A DNA stretch of 64,000 bases from Adineta vaga (Eukaryota; Animalia; Rotifera), in NCBI GenBank assembly GCA_021613535.1, contig CP075496.1, positions 12,648,001-12,712,000 of the forward strand, written 5' to 3'. Made by a program: the position numbers and the translations under genes. The first letter of the stretch is position 1; each line of letters starts with the position of its first letter. The notes beneath the pieces were generated by a model. That model did not search any database. It saw nothing but the letters and a program-made list of their open reading frames with translations, and was not told the origin of the DNA. Shown here in pieces: positions 1-14,601 of the stretch.

Positions 1-3000
1 TATTTTTCTTATTTGGACACTAAAATGTATTGATTTAGATTAACAAAACCAAAATATAATCGACATCAATCATTTCCATGTGCATCAACGACAAATAATG
101 AATATGATCAACATCGCACAGCGAACATAGCAATTAAAGTCATTGGTGATAATGAAACATCGAATTTGAATGATGATGAAACAGCATATGGAAGAAATTC
201 TGTTTTACCCTATCGTTCAACATTAGATATTGATGAACCGGAAACCTATTATTGTTTGAATGTATCATTTTATCAACCAATAACACAACCAAAACATAAT
301 CATGAAGTTTCGCTTTTATCAATGCATCATATTGTTGATTTTAATAACTTACAAATGCTTCGGTTTGTTTTAATTTTTATTCTTAATAAAACAGATTGAT
401 TCAATCTTTTTTCTTCGTATCTATCTGTAGAAATGGAACTACATTAATACTTTATGATGAAGATACAATGCATACATGTTTAGTTACTGTTCGACTTGAA
501 TTGGATAATTGTACATTAACTTGGTAAAATCAAAGCAATTTTTTCTACGGATTTCTATATTCTATTTCTTTTCTATCTTTCAGGACAAAACCTTCTTGGG
601 ATACACATCGAAGTATTGAAAATGTAAATACAGCTAATCAAATGTCAAGTGAAGCTGCACATTATTCAATTCTAATGAAACGTTATATCTTACGTGATGT
701 AGCATTTGTTGATATGGATGAAGGTTTTCTTCAATTAAAATATGTTAAACATATTCGAAGTGGTATACTTCATTGTGATCTTCTTCCAGTTATAAAACGT
801 TATAAATTAACTGATATATCTAATCCAGAAAATTGTTTTACCGTTGTTTATGGTGCATCAATTAATGAAAACAAGTAAATTATTTCTCATGAATCTTTTG
901 TTTTGTTTTTATGATCATCATTTTTTTTGTGTTTAAAGGTCACTTTGTTTTATCAGTCCAAAATATTGTTCACAAATTTGGTATTCGAGCATCGATAAAT
1001 TAGTTACACAATATCGTAAACATCGTCTTTGTTCGGATCGACGTATTGTTTGGCTTAAAAATCAATATTTATCATTATATCATGAAAATGAACGTTTTCA
1101 AGGACCGACGCCCATGCATGCAATACTTGTCTTTGGTGGACGACAATGGAATTCCAGTTCATTATTTTCATACGAACGTGATCATCCATCATCGAAAAAA
1201 GCCAGTAGTGTGATGAAATCATGGTCAAATTTAGCATTAAGACGACGAAATAAATTCGAACAGGTATAATAAACTTATATTCAATGGCAAGATATTTTTG
1301 AAAAGAAATATCTTTCTAGGATCGTAAAGCAAGTTTTTCGACAGAATCTGATCCAACAGCTGCATCAAAATGGCAACAACAGAATTCGAATTTAGGTTTA
1401 CGTAATAAATCGAAAACACTTGATTATAAACCTAAATCAAATCTTATCACACACAATGTCAAACCTCCTCCTCGTTCATTAACACATCAAAGTAATTCTA
1501 AACAACGTCCTGGTACAACAGCACATCCATCAACACAACGTACAACAACAACAAGTACATTGAATAGTTTAATAAATACCAAACGATTAGCTAGTCGATT
1601 AGCAGCAGCACATACAAATAGTCAAGTACAAGATTCTTCATCACCATGGATTATTAATGAAACTTATATGGATTTTCCTGAGTTTGTTGAATTATTTAAA
1701 TCATTCTATTTTCATTGTCGACGAGATTTAAAAGATCTATTCGATAAATTTGCATGTGAAATTAATCTTGAACAAGATTTTACTATCAAAGAACATTATA
1801 AAAATGATTTATTAGATATTTCCAGACATTTAACTGGTTTAATTACACGAAATATTGTTGACGATATAACAGATGCAAGTGTACGAAGAATCTATGATAT
1901 GATCGCAATTTCTTCTATACCTTGTTATGCAATTAGTACACATACACGTGGAAATTTTCTCATAACAAAAGAACAATTTCGAGATTTCCTATATGAACAT
2001 CAGAGAGAAGAGAAAACATCCTATGAAATTGAACAAATTATTTACGTAAGTTAACAACAGAACTTTAGTCATCAATCATATTTACTTTATTTATAGCGTC
2101 ATGAACCCAATCGACAAAATCGTTTAAATAAAGTTCTCTCCTTCGAAGGTTTTTCACGTTATTTATTGGATAAAGAAAACTATGCGTTTGTTAATGAACA
2201 TACCAAAGTTAATGAACAAGTAATAAACTAATCTATTTAAAATTTCGTTATTCTTTCACAATTCTTTTAGGAATTGGATAATCCATTATCATATTATTTT
2301 ATTGCATCATCACATAATACTTATTTAACCGGTCATCAATTACGTGGTGAATCATCTGTGGAAATGTATCGTGAAGTATGTATTTCAATTGCAAAGAATT
2401 AATCTCGATGAGAAACAAACACTGACTTTTCGTTTAGGTTTTATTATCTGGTTGTCGTTGTATTGAACTTGATTGTTGGGATGGTGATGATGGTTATCCC
2501 GTTATATATCATGGTCGTACATTTGTTAGCAAAATATCGTTTAAATTAGTTGTAGAAGTGATTAATGAAAGTGCATTTGTTACATCACCATATCCAGTTA
2601 TTTTATCCATTGAAAATCGTTGTACATTAATGCAACAAGCACGTATGGCACAAATCTTTGTTAAAGTTTTTGGTGATAAATTAATTACTAAGTATATGTT
2701 TGATGCGGATTTTTTTGAAGATCCATTATTACCATCACCAAATCAATTGAAATATAAAATTTTAATTAAAAATAAGAAGATTAATAAAATGCATTCAACA
2801 ACACAATTAAGTAAACAAAAAGTTCAATTAAGTGTGAATTATCGAAATTCAGTATATTCTTCACCGGATGATAATGAAGAAGATGATGAATCGGATGATG
2901 ATGAACTTATTGATGATTTCAATGATGATCAAATTGTTAGTGGTGAATCACAACGTTCGAATTCGATGACGGATTCACCAATGTACAATTTAAAAAAACC

Positions 3001-5959
3001 GAATATACCTGGAACAATTGATCAAGATGGTGATGATGATTTGTAAGTAGAATAGGAAAATCGAAATCAATCGTTTATTTTTAAATAAAATTTTCTTGCT
3101 TTTCTGTTTTGTTTATAGAAGACCCTATCAACAACGTCGTTATAGTATATTGAATACTGAACCAAGACAACGTTTGAAGAGTAGTAGTTCAATTGATACT
3201 AATCAGATTTTAAAGGCAAATAAACCAACAACAATTTCGAAATTACCAGCTATAATTGTAGCAAAAGAATTATCGGATATTGTTATTTATACACAAGCAG
3301 TGAAATTTCGAGGTCTGTTCATATCGAAATTGATTTTAATAATGTAAACAATGAATTTTTCGTTTATTTGAATTTTAGGATTAAGTTGTTCATCAACAAC
3401 GACAAGTATGGCTGGTGGTAAACCAATTCGAAAAGCTCCTAAACGAAATATTCAACAACTTGTTGCTCAGCCAAGTACTACAAGTATGGATAGCAACTTA
3501 TACTTTAATAAAAGTCAAGAACAATGAACTAAAATTGAATTATTTTATTGTATTTATTTATAGGTACAGAAAGTTCACGATCAATCGATCAAGTATCACC
3601 TTGTCATCAAATTGTATCTTTAATTGAAAATAAAGCAAAGAAATTATGTAAAAATCAAGCTGTTGATATGATTATGTACGTAATTATTCTCCTTTTCTTT
3701 CAATATCTTACGAAGTTTTATTCGTTTATAGACATACTGAAACACAAATGGTACGATGTTATCCAAGTGGTTTCCGTGTCGATTCGTCAAATTTCAATCC
3801 ATTACATCTATGGATATATGGTATTCAGTATGTATTCTAAATTTCTCATTAATCATATTAATCTACGTTTAATTATTTGTAGACTAGCTGCAACGAATTA
3901 TCAAACACTTGGTAAAAGGAGAATTTCGTATTTATAATTGTAATTGAACTTGTTTTGTTTGTTTATTGTAGATCCGGGACAAATTCTTAATTTATCGATG
4001 TTTGAACAAAATGGTAATTGTGGTTATGTTCTTAAACCAAGTATTTTTTGGGATAAAGAACATCCACAATACGGTCATTTTAATCCATCTGTTATTGAAC
4101 GTGAAGGTCAATGTTTTGAATTAACTATCACTGTAAGTTAATGAAAATCAGAAATTGTTTTCAACTTTATTTTCTTCGGCTAGATTGTATCAGGACAATA
4201 TTTGACACAGAATGTTAGTTCGACAGCAAGTGTTTATATTGAAGTTGAACTTCTTGGAATACCGATTGATTGTATGTCAAGAAAAACGAAACCATCAGTG
4301 AAAAATTCATTGAATCCAATTTGGCAAGAAACATTTGTCTTTCAGGTATTGTTTCTTTTTTTGAAGAAATGAATCTTCAGTACAGAAATATGATCATCTG
4401 ATTGTTCTTTTAGCTTTTCTTTATTGAATTAGCATTTATTCGTTTTCATGTTTACGATGCCGGTAGTAATCATCTTATGTCTCAACGTGTCATGCCATTA
4501 AAATGTCTTCAATCTGGTTATCGACACGTTCGTTTACGTGATATATCCAATGTACCATTGGAATTAGCGACATTATTCATCTATTCAAAAATTACTGAAA
4601 CAATTCTTATACGAAATACTGATCAAGATTTATCTACATCAAATACACCACATTTATTTCGGACGAAAATCTTACGACGAACAGTAGATCCACCTGAAGT
4701 TGTTGCTGTATGAAATGAAAACATTTTCGTTCTTTCGAATTGATTTCTTGTTTTGTTATTTAGGCAAGTCGAGAATCTATTCGACCAAAACATAAAACAT
4801 TCGAAGTAAAAGTCTATGGAAAAGATGGACGGGATGAAGATTTTCGACCATTTGCTGTTACACAATATACAACTGTAGAAGAACTTATGGATATGGTTAG
4901 AAAAGACTTAATTTATTCTCGTTTTTTCTTTAAATAAATTGATATTTTAGATTGTAAAAGCTAATGATTTTCTAAAAGTTGGTGAAACAATCAACGATAT
5001 GATGTTAACGGAATCGTCTAAAACATGGAAAAAGAAATCTTCATCATCATCGAAAAATATCGATGTTGCACCACGAATTTTAGAAAAACATGAACGTATT
5101 CTTGAAGTTATTGATCGTGTCGGACGTGAAACAGTTATTTTATGTAAAAAGAAAACTCCAACACAGGTAAATACTTAAATTTTCTATTTCATCCTCTCAT
5201 GTCTTTTTCTTTCTTTCTTTAAAGCAACATTTATCTTTATCTACATTAACCGATAAGAATATACAAAATTGGGAAAATTGTGATCGAACATTTCTTGTTA
5301 CTATCTATAATATTTCGCCTATACAAAAGCATACGACATTTCGAACACCGGCAAATTCCACCGCTATTCATGTGATTACACAAGTAAGATATAAAACCTT
5401 CTTTCTTCTTCATTGAAAACAAAAATCATAATTTCCTTTAGTTAATGACAAAGATTCGTATGACAGGAATGCCAAATGATTATGGTCTTGTGGAAGAAAC
5501 AGATTTGAATACCGTAAATACAACCCGACGTATACCAATTAAACGTCGTCTATTAGCTGATGATGAGAAAATCTATGGAATTCAACGTTTATGGACATCG
5601 GCGAATTCAAAATTTGTTCTGGTGAAAAAAATCGAATATTCCGAAACAAATAATAATAAAGCATTTACCGATAAATTCCTTTTTCGTTCATTAACACGAC
5701 AAAAATCAATTGATCGAGGTTCACATGAAGGTAAACGAATCAATTTTTTGTAACGATTCTCATTGCCATCGTTTTTTTAGATCTTCACACTGATCATCCA
5801 TCGAAACAACGAACAGCGAATAATTTAACTCCAACAAGTGCATTAAATGGAAATCTAATTAACAATCGAACAACACTTGCACCAACGCCACCTGTACCGA
5901 AAACCCTTCGTAATAATAAACGTTCATTAAAAACAATCTTATCAACTATTAAATCTTGA
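1..5959 (+). CDS. PLCE1: Phospholipase C epsilon, multi-exon, 5' part outside the window
   Basis: Spliced exons give PH and EF-hand-like regions, X box ([22 protein letters not shown]; [19 protein letters not shown]), Y box ([13 protein letters not shown]), C2 ([10 protein letters not shown]) and two C-terminal RA-like domains. Stop TGA 5957-5959. Confidence 0.93.
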
Positions 5960-6769
5960 TGAATGATGCGATCTTGTCAAATATATTTCCTCGTTTTTTC
6001 TTTGTTTTTTTAGTGTGCAGTTTTCATTTCTCACTTTGTCTATTTTACCTGACTTGATTTCTCTTTCACGTGTTGTTTATTGCTACAATTGCTTTCTCTC
6101 TTTCTCTCTCTCTCTCGTCAAGTGAACAGTGTTGTTATACTTTCGCTTTAAATTGGCGACTATGATATATATATATATATAATTATATTCAAACAAACTA
6201 AATGAGAGAAAATCTAACGTTTTTAATACGAATTCAAAATATCTTCTTTCTTTGTTTTAATCTTATAACAACGAATGACAATCTTTTATACCAGAACGAA
6301 CAGAACATGTTATAATAAATTGAGTATGAATGCTATCTCTATGTTGTAATACTATTGCGTGACAGATCTAATTGATTTAACCTTGTTTATAATATATATA
6401 TATATAGAAGATAGATTAGATCGTTTGAATTTAATAGAATTACTCAATCAAAATTGGATTTTCATCAATTTTAGAAATACTACGTGATTTACTGATTACT
6501 ATTTTGAAGATATTCCTAAGTGTCACTTACTGTAAATAGAAATTTTCATGACGTAGGTAATAATTGATTGTGTCATAATGATAAAATAATACATTAGTCT
6601 TAGTAATAATGATGAAGAAAAATAACTGAAAAACTAGGAGATTTATTTATCCATCCATGGTTTTCTTTGTTTCCTTAGAAAATTAGAAATTATTTTGAAC
6701 TGTCATGCGTGAGAAACAAAACAAAACATGAAGATTTAAATAAATAATATGAATGTAAATTTTTATTTG

Positions 6770-8237
6770 TTATTTACGACCATTCATTGATACATGAGTA
6801 TAATCTTGATGATTGGATCTTCCTCCATGACCACCGGGTTGACCTCGAGTTTGATTAAGTTTATCTGATAAATCATCTACACGAACATCTTTTAAACGAA
6901 GTAATTGTTCAAGACGATGAACTTTTGCTTGTAAAACCTAATATTAAAGAAAATCTTGTGCTTTTTTTTCAATCAACCAACTGGACAATTGAATTTTACT
7001 TGTATTTGTTGATCTTTTGCTCGACATTCTTGGTCTTTTTCATCATAATGAGCACGATTAACCATGTCTGAAGTTAAATTTTGCATTGATGTCGATCTTT
7101 TTCCTACACTTTAAATAAATTACATGCATTCAATGTCAATATCATCTTATTCATTCTTACTGTCCTCCATATGTCATATTTTTTGGTTCATTTCCTACAA
7201 AATAAATGATATGAAAAGATGTTATCAATTTCAAGAAAATGAATAGAAAAGCAGAAACTGATGGGGGGAAAAAATATAAACATGCAAAGATAATCAATAC
7301 AAGAGAAATCAAGAATAGGAAAAGGCATCGAGCACAAGTCGAAATAATTGTTGATAAACCTACTGTGATTATCAAAATACAAAATCTATGTTGATCATAT
7401 CTTGAAAAATAGTATTTGGAATTCTTTAAAGTTAGTTTTTCCATTAAGAATTTATTCTAATATTCTTACTCGTATATCCGGATGAATATGGATCTTGTTG
7501 TGAAGGCGGCGGTGAACGACGTTGACGTGATGTGTTGAAATTCGATTCGTTCATTTTAGGTTGTTGAGGACGAGCACTGAAAAGATAAACAAATCAAAGT
7601 CATGGCCTTGAAATCTTTATTTATGATTAAGAAAATTAGTCGATTTTAGTCACTCGAAAAACACAAACCGATTTCGTGGTGAATGAGATTTTGGTTGTTC
7701 TCCAGATAAAGAACTGGAATAAGAAATAATTAAGTATGAAATTAAGAATTCAACATTGATACATACTCATCAATTTTATTTCGTAAATTGTAAAGAAACA
7801 TTTCCACTAATCCCGATCGACCAAGACATATACCACGCATTATTTGTTCAGGAACATTAAGATCAAATTTACAGAGAACTTTTCGATTTAGAAGACCCCA
7901 ATTAACCAATTTTTGTTGCGTACTATTCGATGTTGCATAATTATGTGTATCAACCTATGAAAATGAGAACAACAAAAATTTATTGAAAAAAATGAAAATT
8001 AATTATTCATAATGTTTACCCAATTAGGAAAATAATGTTTAATTAATTCAGCAACCATTACTTAAAAGAAATTCACATGAAAACTGATATTCATATCAAT
8101 GAAATTCAAAAGAAAGACGTACCACCATCAGAAAAATCTTTTTCAATATGTCTTTTTGGTCGACTTAATGGTATTGTGTCAATCCAGGCATAGAGATCTT
8201 GTAATAACTGATCATCTAATTCAATATCCCACGACAT
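6770..8237 (-). CDS. SPEF1: Sperm flagellar protein 1 (CH domain + C-terminal coiled coil)
   Basis: N-terminus MSWDIELDDQLLQDLYAWIDTIPLSRPKRHIEKDFSDG; C-terminus VLQAKVHRLEQLLRLKDVRVDDL; multi-exon; stop TAA 6772-6770. Confidence 0.9.
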
Positions 8238-8427
8238 TTTTATTGAATAGAAATCTATAAAAGAAAAAAGAAAGAATTCAATGAAACCTTTTTATTTACA
8301 TTTTTTTAATAATTAAAAAATGAGATCATTTCCATATAAATAATTCTTTCAAATTAATCGAATATTGTTTATGTGTGTGTGTATGTGTTTTTTTTCTCTT
8401 TCTTTCTCATCGCCATGTTAGATTTAT

Positions 8428-8441
8428 GTTACCATAGTAAT
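8428..8441. promoter_or_regulatory. RFX X-box-like motif upstream of SPEF1
   Basis: GTTACCATAGTAAT, 12/14 match to GTTRCCATGGYAAC, ~190 nt upstream of the ATG of a ciliary gene. Confidence 0.55.
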
Positions 8442-8773
8442 TTCCACACGACATCAAGACATTTAAACAGAACAATTTCTATTCGTTGATCAATTTATCC
8501 ATTCCTGCTTAGTTTTACTAGTAGCTCTATCATCATCGTCGTCATCGTCCCGATCTGAGGAAAAGAAAAAAAAAAGATTCGTCTTCTTCTTCTTCTTCAT
8601 CGTTCAAGGTTTTTTTGGTCATATTTGGTACCATGGAATAGTATTGGTTAGAAAAAAGCAGAAAATCTTTTTCTAGATTTTTATCTTTCATTTGTTGTTG
8701 TTTTTTTTTGTACATAATTTTAATCGATTGATTTCAATGCTCAAATAAATTATTTATTTATTCGATTAAAATC

Positions 8774-11700
8774 ATGTCATCAACAAAAACATCTCCAAAT
8801 CGGAAACGACCAATATCATCATCAATTCGACTTTCACCAACACCACCGTCAGCCAAACGACATGGATTATCCTCAAGATCAAATTCACGTCGTCGAATTC
8901 AAAAATCATCAACAGATCATCCAAATGAAAGACAAAGTCGACCGAAACATCATTATCGACATTTCGAACATAAAAATTCATCATCCGAATCCAGTCGTTC
9001 ATCATCCAATTCAAATCATTCACAGAAATCAAATACAAATCATAAACGTATGTTCAATTTTCAATTATTTATTAATTCCCTTACGATATCTTTCTTTTAG
9101 ATACAAATAAACGTCTTGAAAATTCATTAAAACATAATCAATCAAAATCTGATATGCAAACAGATGTTATCTATACAAAAAAACCTACATCATTAGCATT
9201 AATTATGAAATCATCAACATCAATTGATCAACGAAACGTTACAAGAAATTACAAGAGTGATGATGAATATGAACAAACAAAACAGTTATCAACTAAAGTT
9301 TTAGTAAGTTTAATTTTGATTTGATTTTTTTGAATTTCGATTATTTTGTTATTCGAAGAATAAATCTACATCTGTAATTGTTCCATCATCTGTTATGACA
9401 ATTGTTAAAACAACATCGGAATTATCGAAGAAATCTCTTCGTAAAGATAATGTTATTATTCAACAACTTGATGGAAATCTCAATTCGAATTCTTCAACTA
9501 AACTAGTGAAATTAGTTGTTCCACAAGCAACAAATTCATCATCAATAAAAATGCTTTCAAGTGGTGATGGTCTCGCTTCGGCTTTACGTATTCCAACAAA
9601 AATTCAATTAACTAAAACATTATTTGTTTCATCTGCTAAAACTGAAAAATCTTCTTCAGTAATCTCATCAACATCTCTTCGTCATAATCAATTAATTCTT
9701 TCGTCATCATTAGCAACTAATCTACTTGATATCACTGATAACCAATCATCAATGACCGATTATCATTCTTCAACAACACTACCACCCACACCTCCACCAC
9801 CTGTTATCGATAATACAAATTCGAATCTTCGAAATGTATCAAATACATCACGAAAGAAATTAACTAAAAGATCAACAATACATAACAAAGGTATATAGAA
9901 ATAAATTTTCTCATATAAAAATGATTCATGATTACTAATCATATCATATTTACGCACTGACGAAATAGAACCGAAGTTTCATTCAGTAAATCGTTTTATT
10001 ATTTAATCAATTTACAAAAAACAGATTTTCATTGAACTTTGAATGATTTTTTTAGGCAATGAAAAATCGAATTCTTCTACATCGAATGAACAAAATTTAA
10101 CTAAACGTCATTCATTGGCATTAACAGATTGGTCTGCTCCATCGACAAGTGAATTATCACCAAGATCTCTAACATCGTCATCACCAGATTTAACTCAAAA
10201 TCATTGTTCAACTGATGATTCTTTCATTGAACTCGATTCATCGATTAATATCAAAGATTCAGTCAAACGTCAAAGTCGTTCATTATCAACATCATGTCCG
10301 ATTTTACCATCATTTACTTTATCTTATCTCAAATCAAATGATAAAACATTCTCAAAACCAATTAAATCGAAATCATTAACACGATTATCGAATAGATCAG
10401 ATGTTAAAGTTATGTTAATCAATAATAAACGTTCATTACAAACATCACCAATTCTTCAATTATCCTCCTCACAATGTATGAAAAGACGACGAGGTATTAC
10501 TGACAATTCTACTGATCATCAATATAATGAAAAACTTTATAAATCGAAAACAAAACATTTCAAAATGAAATCTAACGATAAACTTATCATCAAAGATTTA
10601 TTAATTGAAATGATTGAGTAAGAATTCATCTGGGGAAAACATAAACGGATAATTTGTTTTTCTTTTTAGACGAGTTGTTTCTACAAATAATGATCAGACA
10701 TTGAAAACATTACTTAATACATCTATTTCACAAGTACAACAAATAATACCAATGAATAGACTAACCAATCGACAAATAACTCAGAAGAAAACTCATTCTC
10801 TATCACAATCAATCAAATCATCAAAACAAAACGGTAATTTTTCAAATAAAGATAATATCTATTCAAAATATCTTGTTGTTTTTTTCCCCCTGCATAGAAT
10901 CACGTTCAAAGATTATTACATTGAGAGAATTAGATGAATTAGCTTATTTACTTCATGCGAAAGATCATCGAGCAGATTATGAACGAATTACAAATTCAAC
11001 AAAAGTTGACGAACGTAAGTGTTCTTTTTCTATTAACTCAAATAACTTATTACTAATCTTTAACCTGACTTTTACATTTTGAAAATGAGTCATACATTTC
11101 TTTTTTTGTTCTTCTTTCTGATGAGAAGCAAGCGATGTACAGTTTTCATCAGAATAGACAACTTTATTTCCGTCTTTTTCAGTTCTGTCTGTCTGTCTGA
11201 TATGTGTTGTAATTACGTAATAGAAAAAAGAAAATAGAAAGGAAAATTTCTTTGTATTTGATAAACATTTCATTTCAATTACATCATTATCATTAGTAAA
11301 CAAAAACAATTTGATGATATTTTATTGAAATCTCTCTCAAATCACATCTGTTTCTTTGTGCAGGAATGCGTGAGATGTGGTCGGAAATGAGTGAATACAA
11401 GAAGAATATTTATTACAAACGAGTTATTCAATTATATAAAAAACCAAATCGTAATGTTGTCATTGCATCATCATCATCATCAAACGCTATTGGTAAATCT
11501 TGTCTTCTTTTATATAATCAAATGATTTTGAATATTTTCTTTAGAAAATCCTTCATTCTTATCAAACGATTCAACTGATAATACGAATTCATCCACAGTA
11601 TCAATCACTTCTTTATCTGTTGATTTAAAACGTCAGACATCAACCCCTTTATCTTTTCATTCCATTCCTTCATCGATAAATGATGATCAATCAATAATTT

Positions 11701-13600
11701 CACCAGATGAATCAAATATCAAAACGAATATATCAACTGATATTCTTAATGAATTAATCAATGGTGCCAAAGGTTTAGATAGATTATCGTCTTCGCCAAC
11801 AATTTTTATCAATTTAATTCAAAGTTTTGTTCGATTAACTATGGATAAACAAACTCAAACAGTTAATAATCTTGAACAACAACTTGAAAAGTAATAAAAA
11901 TCTTAGGAAATGACAAACTCGTATTGATTTTAATTTTATTCTAGAAAATGTTCAACACAATTGAATCGTGCGACTATTTTTTGGACACAAAAAATTCGTT
12001 ATTTTGTGACAAAATATCAAATTAACTCGTCAAATGAATCTATGAATGAATTAACATTAATTGTCAAATATTTTTATCTACTTATTTTATGTAAGTAAAT
12101 CTAATTGATAGTTTTGTATTTCTTAGAAATCTCTTTCTTTTCCAGCATTGAAATGTCAAAAACAAGAGGATGCATTTCATGTTGCTTTAACAAATTTACT
12201 TAATGGAAATTTTACATCTATTGATGAATCATTTTGTTCATCAGTATTAACAAGTATTATTGAAGATCTTATTCTATGTTCATCATTAGCAAATGAATAT
12301 CTTGCTTCTCAACCATTGATTATCAATGATATTGAATATTCCTTACCATTTATAAGAAATTGTGAATTAGAAAATGAACTTATCTATATGAATGATATCA
12401 ATTCATCATCTGATTTATTTACAGATTCTAATGATTTACAAGATTATTTAAATCGTTGTGAAAGTAAATAGTTTTTTCGAAAAGATAAAATGATAATTTA
12501 AACTTATTCATTCATTTTGATTTGTTCTAGATACAACTGCAAACATTCCATGTTATTCTGTTCAACAGTCTCATCATTCTTCTATGTATTATCCAACTTA
12601 TCATTCCTCGTCTTCATATTATTATCCATCATTACAATCAAATGATATGAATAATTATTGTTATAATTCTTCAACAACATATTCACATTCACCACAAATA
12701 TTTCCTTATAGTCAATCAACATCATATTATCATCCATCAAATTCATATAATACAAATAATAATAATAATAATGAGCAATTTAAATATTATTATAATCATC
12801 AATCACCATCAGCATATACATATCCATCACAAATGAACAGTACTAATGACATTCCATTACCACCTAATCCTTCACTTCATCGAACATATCGACAAATGAA
12901 TCCTAATTTACAAAGGTAAATCTCATATTTTTGAAAAAAGTTTTTGTGATTTTATTTGCTTATTTATAAAGAACGTACAGTAATTCTCAGCAACCAACAA
13001 CATCATCGACTGCTATGTTTGATGCATCAACAGTAGTTTCTCCTCAGGTAGATTTAAAAAAAAAGAAAAAGAATTGTCTATTGAAATAAGATAGATACTA
13101 TTTTCTAGTTCGATATTTCAAATTAATACACTTCATTTTTATAATGACGTAAGATAGGTGAACATTTAAGATATTAATCTAGTCGATAGATGTCATCTTA
13201 TTATTCGAAAATAACATTGTTTCATCTTGAAATTTGATAATTTTCATCGGAAAAGAATGTATCTAAATTCTGTTATTTCTTCGAAATGAAACATTATGAG
13301 AACAAATGTCAGCTGTTACTACTAATCTACGAACTATCGTCACTATATCATTGATAAGACTAGTCAAAATCATTCCTATTCAATCCTTAGAGTTAAATGA
13401 CTATTCAAATTACAGATTATTTTTCTTATAGTTATCATCTCCATCAACAGAATAGTCATATTGAAGTGAATGTATGCATACTAATCGCTCTGTAATTGCT
13501 TAATTTAATAGTTTTTTTCTGCTCAAAGAAAAAAGATTCATTTCTTCCTTTCATTTAGTCAAAATCCATGAATACAACAAATCCAACTTATCCGCCATAG
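8774..13600 (+). CDS. Large Ser/Thr-rich protein with one divergent HMG box and a Tyr/Ser/Asn-rich C-terminus
   Basis: Splicing across the intron at ~11016-11363 gives AYLLHAKDHRADYERITNSTKVDERMREMWSEMSEYKKNIYYKRV, matching the HMG-box pattern AY..F...R / ge.W..lseeeK..Y. Basic NLS-like N-terminus. Last exon uncertain (13559-13600 assumed). Confidence 0.6.
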
Positions 13601-14601
13601 TTCAAAACACAACAATGATCTATTTGTCATTGTATTCTGCATCAGAATACGTCAGTTTGATTTTCTTTTTTGTTTTCCGAGTTCTTTTTCTACTTTTTCT
13701 TCTTTTCCGTTTTGTTTTCTTTCGCATATACACAGGTGCTTGTTTCGTTCAATATCATTGTCGTCATTATTTGTTTTTCACTTTTCTTGTGTTTCATATA
13801 CTCGCACGCTGTACATTCTCTTGCTATTATCACTTATTTATAAGTTGCTTTCTATTCTATTTTAACTTTTTTCATATTCACGCACATTGTCTATGCATGA
13901 GATAAAATTCTATTCAGCTGCTGTTGTTGGTTATTTAGGCAGATTAATTGACAAGTATTCTTTCATATTAGACTAGTAAGAACAAGTTTTAGGCTATAGG
14001 AAAATCTCTTGAATAGCCATACAATTCTTTCATTCTTTTGTTTTATAGTTATGAACAGATAGATTCTATCGAAATCGAATCTAACCGGAAAAAAAATAAA
14101 CAGTTCGTTTTCTTTCTACATTCTATTCAATAATCATTTTCTTAGAAACATACTTATTCTTAGTATTGATCAATTATATACGTATATATATATATTTGCT
14201 TCCAATATCTTTTCGTTTGTTCGGTTTCTTACCGGTGATAAGTCCGCCTTCGATTCTTTTATTCTATCTAATTTCGTTTCCGTCCTTATTTCTTCCTTAA
14301 GAAAAGAACAGAAAATTAACTAATATAGAAAATTTGTTCGTCGAGTTTCTTTTTATTGAAAAGTGAAAACTCATATCTTCATCAACAGCAACAATAACAA
14401 AACTAAAAATCATTTATTTATAGAATAAAGCAATGTTTCACTGTTTGTTTGTTCTTCTCCTTCTTTTTTTTTGTTCATTTATGCATGTGTGTATCTATCT
14501 ATCTATTACATTCATCGTTTTTTTTCCTCTTTCTTTTTTTCTGTGTATTTATATTTTGAAAGAAAAGCAAACCTACGATGACGACAAAAAAAAAACATGC
14601 A

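Noticed and set aside
7157-7444. Hydrophobic 95-aa ORF in a SPEF1 intron, suggesting a TM isoform
   Set aside because: The available acceptor at ~7401 is out of phase with the upstream exon, and T-rich intron DNA explains the hydrophobicity.
8774-13600. AF4/FMR2 (lilliputian) identity for the Ser-rich gene
   Set aside because: Only compositional and vague helical similarity; the HMG-box match is clearer.
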